Origin: Thalia democratica
Lineage: Eukaryota
Reading direction: 5' to 3'
DNA length: 64,000 nucleotides
Assembly: GCA_965202585.1 (NCBI GenBank)
Contig: OZ241826.1
Coordinates: 41,230,001 to 41,294,000, forward strand
This document shows, in pieces, positions 50,241 to 63,228 of this stretch. Position 1 is the stretch's first letter. Each line of letters begins with the position of its first letter. The notes below the pieces were generated by a model. The model saw only the letters and a program-made list of their open reading frames with translations. It had not been told where the DNA came from and did no database searches. The position numbers and the translations under genes are program-made.

Positions 50241-53123
50241 ATGAGTCCTTATTCCACTGAAACTTCATTTGCCACACCTGCAATTTTAGTAGCAAAAGGT
50301 GGTGTTGAAAACGTAGAACCTTGGGGAGAAAAGACATATTTAAATATAAAACAACCAACAAATCCTGAATTATTTTTTCAAAACTCTGTACCATTCGCAC
50401 CTGCGGATTTTATTGCTAAAATTAAAATAAATGTAACAGAAGTACTTCGCAACAACTCTACTAATGCAACTTCTAATGAGATAAAAGTTGAAAACTTTCA
50501 CCAGCGTCAACAACGTTTATCAGGAATCGCAAAACACTCTAGGTTTTAAATTGTGCCGACCAGTAGTTTTTTGTGATTATGAAGCTTACGAAAATTGTTG
50601 GAACGAATCTTTTTCAACTTGTGAAAACTGCAGGTAAAAATATATTTATTTTTAATTTTCAGAGTAGGTTTACTTAGTAAGATTGTAGCTTTGATAGAGG
50701 ATCGTCAGCTACGTTATTTATTTATTTTTCTTTTTGTTTATCAATCTATTTTAATTCTATCTCTGTTTCAATTTTTTTTCAAATTTAATTTAAACTGGTC
50801 TTACCAACAGCAAAGGAGTATTTTCTTTCACATTGTTTATTATCTTATTACTCGGGGTGTTGAATGTTGTTGGAAATATGTCATACCTAATTTATCTGAT
50901 GAAGAAAAAGAAAAACTTTTCGACGTTTTCTCTACTTCAGAGTTTTTCCGCATGTGCAGATACTTTGACTGGTAATATTAAGTATCTTAAAAATAATCGA
51001 ATTTAACCTATACTAATAATAAGTACTTTTTGCAGGACTATTCATATTCGGTGTCTTTCTCCCTAACTTTACTTCCACGTATAATGAAACTGCGTTGCAA
51101 TTGTATAAACACTTTCAAGAACAACAAAAAAGTAGTAGTGCTTACTTTCAAGGAATATTGTTTATCTTTATTTTTCTGACTAATTTTTATTTATTGAAAC
51201 TAATAAGTGTGGTAAAATTGGTAAATATTTATTTCGAATGGACAAACATATCAAAGAAAGCGATTATAATCCTAGCTTTAGCGACTTCAAGTTTTTCCTT
51301 GGCAATACCTATCTTATTTTGTTAGTGGTTAGCAATTTAATTTCTTAGTAAACAAAAAACAACGTACTTGACACTGTTTGTTATTTATATTTTGATTAAA
51401 AATTTAATGGAACTTTTTTAATTGTAGTATACTCAGAACAATTCATTCTTAAACTAACGTAACTTTATAGTACAAGTGTACAACAATTTAGTGTATTTTA
51501 GTAGCAAGTAAAATTGTAGACATTAAATTTTGAATATATTTGTTTTATTATTAAATTTCAATTTATCTAGTAAAAAAACAGTACTTTTAAAAAATTAAAA
51601 TTGCTAGCAGATATAGTTATCTAAAGTAAATTTGTATAAAGTTTGTTTTATGATACTTTTTGGAGATATCTAGTTAAGCAGTGTTAAAAGCATAGTTAAA
51701 TTTAAACTCAATTCTGAAGTAGCTGCTGTAGACGCAATTAACTTAATAATTAGTAAGTACAATACAAAATTTAACATCTTAGTTAACATAAAGGAATAAA
51801 AATATAAACTTTACAGCATTCTTTCCACATTCCATTCAGTTTACATATCAATTTGACATTTTCATATTCTGGATAGAAGTTTTACCAAATTCCCAAGTGA
51901 AAAACATTTATTTCATTATTCTATTTTTAACTGTCATAATTCCTTATATGATTATGGTTAGTTTGTAAAAACTACTACCTTCTCTACAACATATACTTTT
52001 ATTTTTATAAACTATCTTTTTAGTTTTTTAACTCTACTAACTTTAAATTTTTCATTTTAACTTCAAAATTTAAATGAACAAAAAACTATCAGCTTAATGA
52101 ATAATTATTTAATTGAAAAAAAAAAAACTTATATTTAGTTTAAAGTTTTAGTAAAAATTTGATTAGGCTCAAAAGGCTATTTACTTTTAAAACAGAGTTT
52201 TTTAAAATAAATGTGTTACAAAACTATTCAGTAAGTGTGAAAAATTTCTTTAAAATTCATTCTTTAAATTTTATTCAGATAAAAAAGTATATTAAGTACA
52301 ACAAACTCCTATGAAAATTTATTGTCTATTTAGTTGTGTACTGAAGTAGATCAATGTTTTTTTAATTATTAATCTAAGGTATTGGCAACTATTGGAGTCT
52401 ACTTAGTTGTAAGGCACAAATTCAAAAGTTCACAAAAACTGACAAAGCAAACTAAATTAATAAATGCTATGGAAAGAAAAGTTGCATTAAAAATATCATT
52501 AATGGTTGTTGCTTTTTCTGTAACTACACGTTAGTCTTTAATGGTCTGTCTGTAACAGTGTATACTCTGAAATGTGTTTTAATTTACAGTACCTTTCATG
52601 ATTTCAGTAATAGTTGAACACAACAAAGGTGGATGCATAACAAAAACAAACCACGTGTTTGTGACGTTTTACTTATTTTTCGCCAGAAGGTTGGTTTGCA
52701 CTTTTTCTTTCGATTAGTATTTTGTGTTTTTAGTTCTCATATATATTAAATGCTTAACTTTAGTATAAAACAGTATTTTATTTTAGAATACTAGTTGAAT
52801 AATTTCAAAAAAATTAATTTAATTATAAATAATGTTATTAAGGTATTTACAAATATATGAAGCAAATAGATATTTTGTTTATTATATAATATTATTTAAC
52901 AGTTTATTCGACAAATAGTTTTAAAAAACTTGGCATATTTAATATAGAATATTTTAGTAAAATATCAGTTTGTTAAACCCAATGCTTTCTACGTGATATG
53001 CAGTTTTTTATTTTAATATATGTAATTATTTTTTTCAGCCTCATGAATGCAGTAATATACATTGCAACAGACTCGAAGTACAGGAAGTTCATAAGAAAGT
53101 TTTTCAGATATTTATTCAACTAA
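50241..53123 (+). pseudogene. 7TM receptor paralog 3, frameshifted in exon 1
   Basis: Exons 50241-50633, 50811-50971, 51036-51320, 51817-51956, 52379-52529, 52590-52689, 53039-53123. Exon 1 is 393 nt (phase 0 instead of 2) because of a 17-nt deletion at 50494/50495; premature TAA at 50547-50549. Exons 2-7 and all splice sites are intact. Confidence 0.85.
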
Positions 53124-55320
53124 ATTTGTAACTTGACGCATTACAAAATAAACAACATTTTCAAACAAACTCAACAAAATTTTTTTAGTTTGTATCAACT
53201 TGTTTCAATTTATGCAAGATATGTATTAGAAAAAAATGCAGATCAAAAGTATACTTTTTTTCGTATGTCTTGAATAGCAAATATCTGCAAAACTAACTTT
53301 TGAAACTTAAAATATTAAAGTAAAGAGAAATTAAAACTATTAGAACAAAAAAAATCATTTCAATTTTGTAGTATTAAAGTAGACTCAAATATATTGTATA
53401 AAACAGATATAGTATAAATCAGGCATAGAAAGTGTTAATCTAATTAAATACAATATATACTAACTATCAACTTAGTTAAAACAGAAATAGAAACATCAAT
53501 TAAGTATACACATAAGTTATGTTTTTAACTAAAGTAGCTTGTGAACGATTTCAATCATTAACTATTCATCAGCTACTTTATTTTATTCCAAGTTGTTGTT
53601 TAAATTTGATTTTTTTTTCATTAGATTTTAGAAAAGTTTCTAGTATTTGACTTTTTAAAATATATAGTAGGTTATAGTTATGTTGTTTTTTATTAAATAT
53701 GTTTTAAATAAAAGTTAAGTTAAAGTTATATATATATTTTAGTTCAAATGTTACTAAATAAGATTCTTAGTACATCATTAAAAACAAAATTCAGTTAATT
53801 TTCGTTTAGTTTTATTTTCTTCGTTTAACAATTGTTTTTTTACTAAAAATTTAAATATTTTAATGATAAAAAAACTATGTGTAACAGCTCGTAAGAAACT
53901 TTATAAGCATGTGGTGTACGACTCGATAACCAAAAGGTTCCTTTACTCACCAGGTCCTACGACCAAACTTTTTGAGCGCTTTTTTATCGTTCAATAAACA
54001 ATTATTTATCAAAATAACAAATAAATTTATTATTCATAATAGGTATAAATATTATGAGACTTTTAGATACAAGTAGGATTTTTTATAATTGAGTAACTTT
54101 AAAAGTTTCAAAAAAAAAAACAATTAAACATTTTTAATAAGTTTTTTTTGTCAAAATTCTATTTTTTAATGTTTTACTTAATCTTAATTTATTGTTCTCT
54201 TAATAGGCTTTTCCTTAAAATTAATTAGTATTTGTTTATTTTTTGCTTTATGTTAATTGTTTTTTTTTTGAAAAGAGTTTGTAATAGTTGTCCAATTAAG
54301 TTTAATTTGGATTTTAGCATAAAATTTTATTAATGCCTTTGAAAATATATTATAGACTAAGGCTGATTATATATGTTATAACGTTGTTCCTATGTTTAAA
54401 TGTTTATAATACATATGTTTTAAAGTTTTTAGTTATAAATTATACAATTATATGTTATTTTTTTGTGTTTACTAATCAAATGGCCTTGTTTTTAATGCTT
54501 AGAATAGAAATTCATAACAAGTTAAAATAATTATAGTTATAATACCTATAACAAAAATTTTTTTTTGATATAAGAAGAAAAAAATAATAAAAAAGATTAT
54601 TTTATAAAAGAATGTTCCTAAACTAAATGTAAATTAATAATCTAGATAAACAAGCTTAAGTTCTTCCTAACAAAAATTACAAGTTGGTTAAAACAAAAAA
54701 GTTGTAAATTAAAAAAAAACAATGTGTGATATTAATTGAATTAAACGTTAAGATTTGTTGTATAAGTAAAAATAAATCGACCTTTTAATTATTCATATAA
54801 ATTATCATTAATTAATACTTTATATAATTTAGTTATGGTAAAACGATATGATGCATGAAAATGCCTTTCGGTTAGCGAACCACACAACGTTTATTTACTA
54901 TAAATTTGTTTATTTTTTATAGTATTTTAGCTATAAATAAGAAGAGCATACAAATATTGTTAATTTTTTCTAAATAGATAAGTTTTTGTGTTTTAATAGT
55001 AATAATAATATTTATAATATTTTGATGACAATATTAATAAATAATAATAATATTTGTAAATTATGTTAAGTAAGCTTAACTTAAAATATTAAATACATGA
55101 AAACATGTTTTTTAGTCGCTCGTTTTATGAAAACTGTTTTTTTTTCCAATTGAATACTTTACGATCATGAAATTTAAAGTATATAATTAATGAAGAAAAC
55201 TATAAACTTTATTTAAAAATGACATAAAACTGTCAAACAATAACAGAAACTAATAGTTTTCTCATACATTGCTAAATTGCTAACAATATATAATTAAGAA
55301 AATCTACTATAATATTAAAA

Positions 55321-55458
55321 ATCACAGTTTACGTAGTTGTAAGGACAAAGTTTAAAGATTCGTTAAAACTCATAAAACAAAGTATTATAATTAACGCCGT
55401 AAAAAGAAAAGTGGCAATAAAAATGTCATTAGTAGTTGTGGCTAACCATGTGATTAGT
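55321..55458 (+). pseudogene. Orphan relic of receptor exon 5 in unit B2
   Basis: ITVYVVVRTKFKDSLKLIKQSIIINAVKRKVAIKMSLVVVANHVIS. Confidence 0.72.
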
Positions 55459-58400
55459 GTCAAAAAAAATAAATATATTATAAAACTATAAAAACATCCG
55501 GTATCGATTTTTTATTTTTCAGATTTTTTTTATACTAATAAATTGTAGTAGTAGCCTAATATACCTACTATAAATGATTATAAAAGACAAACTGAATTAT
55601 ATCTGATTGAAAGCTCTAAAACTAAATTATGCTTAATATTTTAATTTAACTTTTAATTATATATTTTCGTTTACAACGGTTTAACTATCTATTAGTTTGC
55701 ATTTAAATATGTTCTGAAATTGTAAATTATACTGAATAAAAATAAATCGTACGTAATAGATCTTTTTACTAAATAAAATTAGGAGTTATAAAAACTTTAT
55801 TGGTTAGGAAAGTATTAATAGTGCAGATACTAAAAACTATTTTTTAGACAAAAGTTTTTTTTTATATAAAAACCTATTACGTATGAAAACTAAATAATAG
55901 AGAAAACTAACTACTATTACACAGTGTGTTAGGGTATGTACTTAGCTGTACATTTATTACATCGTTTGTAGAGAAATTAATGTATAATAAAAGTTTGTAC
56001 CTTTATGGTTCAAAGAAATATTTTAAAAATTTATCTAACATTTAAAGCTGTTAGAAAGAAAATTTTATTATCAATGTTTAATACGTATTTATTACATTTG
56101 TTCAAACAGACAATTAAAATCAAATTAAAAATCAATAAACTACCACGATAAACAAGCTAATATAAAAAAGAAAAAATTCAAACTGCAATAACGTTTACAT
56201 AGTTTGATTTTGTTTTAGTTTTGTTATTGTAAGACTTTATTATTTAACATAAAGACAGTTTAAGCTTTAAAGTAAATTAATGAACAAATTGTACCTCATG
56301 ACAATTTAAATACTAGCTACATTTTTTTTGCTAGCATTTTACTTTTACAACGCATATCGGTAGGAAGGGGTTTTAGTAGATTCATATAATTTCTTTAAGT
56401 AGTTGTAACTTATATTATTTGGCTAGTTCAAATTAAAATAAAAAGTGGTAGCTTCGAAAATTGTTACAAACATGCGTAAAACTTTAGATTTAGTATTGAG
56501 GGGACGAATAGAATAATTTTACCTAGTTTATATTTTTTTTAATTATAAGTTAACCGAGTAAAGTTTTAAATAATAATTTTAAATATTTTTCGCTTTAATT
56601 AATAAAAAATATCGTACACACTACATATTAAATTATTATGCGGATTTTCTCTCAAACAAATTTAAGTTTTTAATAAAAACACATAATGTTTTTTTTTTAC
56701 TTATTGTTTTACTAGGATGTAGTTAAGTTAACGTTACGCTCAAGTACGCTCAAAATATTCGGTCGCACGAAGAATCTTACGGTTTTCGAGACGCACATCT
56801 TGTTTGGTACCTTTAAATGTTTTGTTCAGGACTTTTGTAGGTCTACAAAAGAAAATGCTTAGAAAAATAAAGTGAAAGAATTAAATTTATGACGAATATT
56901 GTAAACTTTTAACGATTATAAAAATTGTCATTTTTATTTATTCTCCATAAAGTTATAGTACTTAAGCGAAAAAATTAATTATTGGCAAATAAATATATGG
57001 TTTAATTACATGTAGGGTATTTTTAAATTTTCAAAATAAATGGACTAAATTTTGTTAATTTTTTTAAATAAAATGTACTTTTTACTTATAGCACATATTC
57101 ATCTAGTTTCTAATATTATAGCTTGTTCAACAACAACAATAGATGCTCAAATTATTTGGTGCACAAAGAACCTTTTGATTATCGAGTCGCACACCACAAA
57201 TACCTTAAACGTCTTTTCCAGGACATACAAAAAAATAAAACTTTATATTTAACAGATATATATATAAATTAATGTGAAGTTTTTTTTGTCACTTCCGACG
57301 ATACAATTTCTGCAGACTTTTATTTTTTAAATTTAGTTCGTAAAAGCTGTTAGTTTTTAAAAAGATGCCTAAAAATAGATTAGTTTATTAAATGTTTTTG
57401 AGGTTTAGAAATAGTTTTTTAATAGATTTTATTGTATTTTTAAGTATATCATGCCATAATCTTTGTTTGATCGATGGGTTTTATTAACAACTCAGAATAA
57501 CCGAAGATTTTTCATTATTAACTATGAATATTAAAAATTATTAGAACGACATTGTGCAAAGAAAATTTGAGCTTAGAGTACGTTACAGTGCTGTAATTAT
57601 CTTAGAGTTAAAAGTGAATAAAATAGGCCAATAAGATTTTTTTAGTTTTCTTAAAAACCGATATCATAAGAAAACATTAATGTCGTCGTTTTAAATAAGT
57701 TCACAAAAAAATTACCAGTTTAGTTTTAAGTAAGTGCTAACAGAAAAATCTTATAAGCACAAAACCTTTTTTAATAACTTTTCAACAACTTTTTTACTTT
57801 AATAAAAAGAATCACTTCACTTATAAAACGCTAGTTTATTGAGCTTAAAAGTTGTTTGAAAAACCAATTCTAAGATTGTTGGTTGTTTATGCAAGCTATC
57901 AAAATTAAATACTTTAGCAATACATTGTAAAGAAATTTGTTTTTTAATGCATTTTGTTGATCCCCAAATATTTTTCGAATAAATTGTTTAGTTGTTTTGT
58001 TTTGTTTTTAAATTATAACTATCAAGTATTTTTTATTCAACTATAAAAATATTTTCTTCTTGCCTGTGAATTAAAACTTATTTGTTTTTAAAGTTTTCAT
58101 CGAGAAAATCACATGTACGTACAGGTATTAGTAGTTTGTCCTTAATAACATGTAGTCGTGAGATGACAAAACTAACGGTTAATCGACATTTATCGCGTAA
58201 AAAAAAATTAACAATCTCGTCACTAACAAACATTTTTTAAGGTTATTTTTTTTTGCACTTTGTTCGACCTTGTCTTAAGTTTGTTTCCCATTTTGTTAAA
58301 AACTTGTAAAAACGTATAAGTATATATCAACGCAGCAAATAACTGTTATCAGTGTTTTAGATAGACAAACGCTAGGTTTTTGGTTTCTGAATAGTTACAA

Positions 58401-59383
58401 ACTAATATCTTATAATAATTTTATATTAGACTACTAGGTTTGCTATTTAATTTTTAATAACTGCTTTTGTTTTTTTTTTTAATAGTTTTCAAGTAATTAG
58501 TTTATAATTTATTAGGTAAAATTAAGATAATTTTTTTTATCGAAATGGCAAATAAATAAAGCTTTTACACAGTATAATTGTAAAAAACCCTGGCAAAAAG
58601 TTCTTAAGCAGCAGTTTTTTGAATTTTTTTAATCATCTTTAAAAAGCTGTTTAGTCGTTTTACTACAATTTACTTGTGAAGGCTTTAAAAGAAAACAAAG
58701 TGTTTTTAAAGTAATATTTTCAATTGAATTCTATATTTTAAAAAGAAGCTTTAGATTTTTCACTTGAATGATTAAAGATAGTTGAGAGATTATGTTAGAC
58801 AACGCTTCAGTAAATTTTTGTAAACATTTATACTCTGCCGAATGTTTTTCTTTGGTATTGTAATTGTTAAGCTTGCTTAGATTTTTCTATAATTAAAAAA
58901 AAAAAGCATTACATAATATGAATGTTATTTCTGAGTTTTTAGAGCATGATTCAAAACATTTCAAAGTTAAAATTTATTTAATTTCTATAAATTTTGTACA
59001 AAAATGTATATCTTGGTAAACATTTCTTTGAGTAAAGTTTTTTGTTGTACAAAAATAGTTTTAAAAAACATTAATATACGTCTTGGTTTACTTTATACTT
59101 TAAGTATTCGTACTTTAGTAATTTATCAAATAGCATTTTATAACTTATACTTACGAGGGTATTTTTAAGTACTTTTTAATGAAAAAAGTCTTAAATTTTA
59201 GTTTTTCTATGAGATTTTTCAATAAGTCTTGCTTTAACCCGAACTGCTAAAATTAATTAATTTTTAATCAAATTCTAAATTAAGTTGTAATTTACTAAGC
59301 TTGCGATTAAACAAACAATCGAGAAATGTAGTTTTTTTTTAGATTTAACCTAATTTCTTCACTCAAATTCAAACTATACCGGT

Positions 59384-61687
59384 ATGACAAAAATATTTCC
59401 GAGAAATTTTACAGAAAAAGATTTTCAAAACAAAAGAAACGAAATTGTTGGTAAACCAGAAAAGGCGGGTGTATACTACGTTAGAAATTTCTATCAAGTT
59501 TCACAAAATAAATCGGATTACAATTTGTGCAGACCGATAGTTTTCTGTGAATATGAAGCTTATGAAAAGTGCGCAAACAAATCTTTTTCAACTTGTGAAA
59601 GCTGCAGGTGGTATTAAATAGTTTGAAGTAACAAAATGTGTAAAATTTAATTTTAATAAGAAAATCAAACTTTAAATATAATTGTCTGAGACTATAACTT
59701 GAAGAAAATAAAATTTGCTTTTAATTACCTTCATAGATCATTTTAAAATTTTTGAATTTAAAAATTTAAAGTTAAATAGTTAAACATTGTTACCTACAGC
59801 AAGGGAACATTTGCATTTACGTTATTTATCATACTGTTACTTGGAACATTGATTGTAGTAGGAAACGTGTCATACTTGCTCTACTTGCTCAAGAAAAAGA
59901 AACACTTTTCGCCTTTTTCACTGCTTCAGTGTTTCTCCACATCTGCGGATATTTTGACAGGTAATGTTTTATACAAAGTTTTCAATTTTTTTTTACGTAA
60001 ACAAACTTTAAATAACAGGTTTTTTTATATTCACCGTATTTGTTCCTAGCTTCATCATTACTTATAATGGAACTGGGTCGGAATTGTTAAGTTTTGTCAA
60101 AAATCAACAACAAAGCAACAGTGCTAAACTTCGAGGAATGCTGTTTGTTTTTGTCTTTCTGGCAAACTTTTATTTGTTGAAATTGATCAGTGTGGTAAAG
60201 TTGCTCACAATTCGCTTTGAGTGGATAAATATGTCAAAGAAAAGAGTTGTAGTACTGGCTTTGGCAACTTTGGCATTTTCCTTGGCTATACCGGTCTTGT
60301 TTTGTAAGTTATAATCGTAAGTTTTCTAAAAATTGTTCTTTTTTTTTCAAAAGTTACAAACTTATAGTTAAACCATGGTACAACAGTCAGACTAAATTAA
60401 AAGACTTTATTTGTTTATTTTTCTTCTTAAGATTTGAGTATATACTCTTGTTTTTATTTGACAGTATAATTTGTGTTTCTCTACAGTACTTTTTCCAAAT
60501 TCAATTCGATTTTCATATCAATACGACTTTTTTATTTTCTGGTTTGAAATTCTACCGAATTCAAATGTTGAAGTTATTTCTCTTATGGTTTCAATTTTCA
60601 TAGTGATGATTCCCTACGTAATAATGGTTAGAGCTTTAACACTTCTTTTTATTAAAAAACTTATTTATTTAAAATTTATAAACAATCTCCTTTAACATTT
60701 CTTTATTTTTACCAACTTATTTCTATAAAAAAAAAAACAGCTATATTCCAAAATACTAAGTAAAATATATGTCAAGCACGTTTTAGCTGAAAATTTTAAC
60801 CAGCGCTACCTACACGGTATCATATAATAAACTTTAAAGACATGTTGATAATGTTTAGTTCTTTAGGTTTTGAAAAATGTTTTGGCCTCTGGTTGTTTCT
60901 AAATAACTTGTTGTATTTACTTATTTTTACTCAATATGCAGGTATTTGCCACAATTGGAGTTTACGCAGTTGTTCGGCACAAGTTCAAAAACTCTAGAAA
61001 ACTTTCAAACCAAGTAAATATAATAAACAAAATGGAAAAAAGAATCGCAATCAAAATATCTTTACTGGTTGTAGCGTTTTCAGTAACTACATGTTAGTTT
61101 ATTTATTGCTCGACATAACACACTTTATATTATATTTTTATATAACAGTGCCATTTGTGATCACTGTACTAGTTGAAAACAGCAAGGAAAGTTGTGACAC
61201 AAGAGCAAACCATATGTTTGTGACGTTCTACATATTTTTCTCTAGAAGGTCGGTTTACTGTATTTAATTTTTTTTTAATCCAACGTAAATTAAATTAAGT
61301 ATTAAGACTTGTGCTAACTGTACAAGCATCACAACAAAAAGTTGTTGTGTTTTACATTATTTAAACTTAAGTTTTCGATTATGGCAATGCTTATTTCAAA
61401 TAAAAATTAAGTAATTCTTAACTACAAAAATTTCAACAACTATAAGCTGAAAAATACTAAGTAAAAGTAGTTGTAAAACTAACTTTAGAATGATTTTTTA
61501 ATATAAGTTAAACTTTCTAAAGTTTGTTCAAATCATGTCAAAATTAACGCTTAAAATAACCATTAATTTTAATTACAGCCTTGTGAATGCTGGAATATAC
61601 ATTGCAACTGACTGGAAGTACAGAAAGTCCATCCAAAAAAGTTTAAAGAAATTGTTTATTTTAAACCATCAACTATTTAACGTTTAA
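59384..61687 (+). CDS. Atypical rhodopsin-like 7TM receptor, paralog 4, 389 aa, 7 exons
   Basis: Exons 59384-59607, 59800-59960, 60019-60303, 60487-60626, 60942-61092, 61149-61248, 61579-61687; 1170 nt, same phases. An in-frame stop upstream of the ATG supports this start. TM7 reads LVNAGIY. Confidence 0.9.
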
Positions 61688-63228
61688 GATTTTATTCATT
61701 TCAACGTGTTTCAATAAACAAATTTAGAATGTGTTTGTACTAAACTTAACTTAAGCTTTTAACATCTTAAGATTAAAATAAAGTTTGTATGTCCAATCTT
61801 CAAGTTTTAAATCTACAAATTAAAGTTGTTTATTGAAATTAGGCTTATGGGAGTTAAAAACGTAAAGTTGCATTTGACTAATAAAACTAAGCCAGTAAAT
61901 TTTGTATCAAACGCAAATAATGATCTATCTTTTATTTTTTGAAGCATTGGAGTTCTAGGTTTTTCATAGAAACATTTGTTTGATATATCAGAGAAACGGC
62001 TTGTAAACATTTTAAGTTTTAGACTTGTCTTTAAAAGCTATAAGTGCTACTATTATAGTTTTTTATAATATGGTAATAAATCTTTTCATAAAATGCAATG
62101 TGATTTTTAGTATTATTAAATTTTTAAATATCTATATATCATAATGCAACAGGTTTTATGTATCCCTCTTTAAATATAAAATTTTGAAGTTGTAAGATAA
62201 CGCTTTTCTTTGTAACTTAAATTAAACATCTTAAACTTACATGAACAAAATTATTTTTTATTGCGGATTTTTTATTCTCATATAAACAAACCTAACAATT
62301 GCATTAAAAATTACTGTTTTTAAAAACATTGAACGGTTTTCAAGATACAGTATATTTTAACTACATGAAAATAAAAACAAATATTATTTAAATTTGCCTT
62401 TTAAGTGCGATATTTCTCTTTCACCTCAGCATTCGAAAACAAAAACACACTCAATGAAACGCAGCTAGCAATTTCCGGCATAAAAAACATGAAGAAACTT
62501 TTATTTAATGTAATCACAAACATTTTGTGAAATGTTTGAAAACTAAACAATTACGAATTTTATTTTAGGTGTTCTTTATTATATTACTACGGTATAAATG
62601 TTTTGTAGTATAATCGTATGTATACAACTATAACTCTGATATTTTTATTTTTCTGCTTCAAAACGCAATAAACTTTCTAACCATAGTTTGATAAAAAGCG
62701 TGCCGACTAAACAAAACTAAAGGTAATTAAGCGACAGATTAAAGAGTTTGTCTACATTCAACGCTTTTAAAATAGAAGTAAGCAAGACATAAGTAATTAA
62801 CAAAGGAGTCATGATGCTAAAAAATATCGTGACAGTTTATAAGTGGATTAAAAAGTAACGTTTAGCGCTAAACTTAGCGAAATTGCAGCAGGGTGCTATA
62901 AATAAGTTTTCGAGCGATTAGTATATAAGCTGAACTTTTCAAAGTTGTATCAGAAGTTGTACGATGAAAAGTACAACAAGTAGAAAATAAGCTTTTCAAA
63001 AAACTTAAACAGTCGGCAGTAATAACTATAATAAAAAACTTTACTAAAAACCATAGTTTTTTCATATTTAAACTAATTGTTTTAGAAACAAAAGAGGCGT
63101 TTTTGATACTGAGCTTTTCAAACTTAAACGTTTAAGTACTTCAAAGGTTTTAAACGTCAAACAGATAGTATACATTATGTTTTGCAGAGGTTACTTTTAA
63201 TTAACTATTTACAAAGGTATCTGTAGCG

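Larger units (their letters stand above)
49689..59235 (+). repeat. Tandem segmental duplication unit B2 (about 9.5 kb)
   Basis: Colinear copy of B1, lacking the foldback insertion. Confidence 0.9.
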
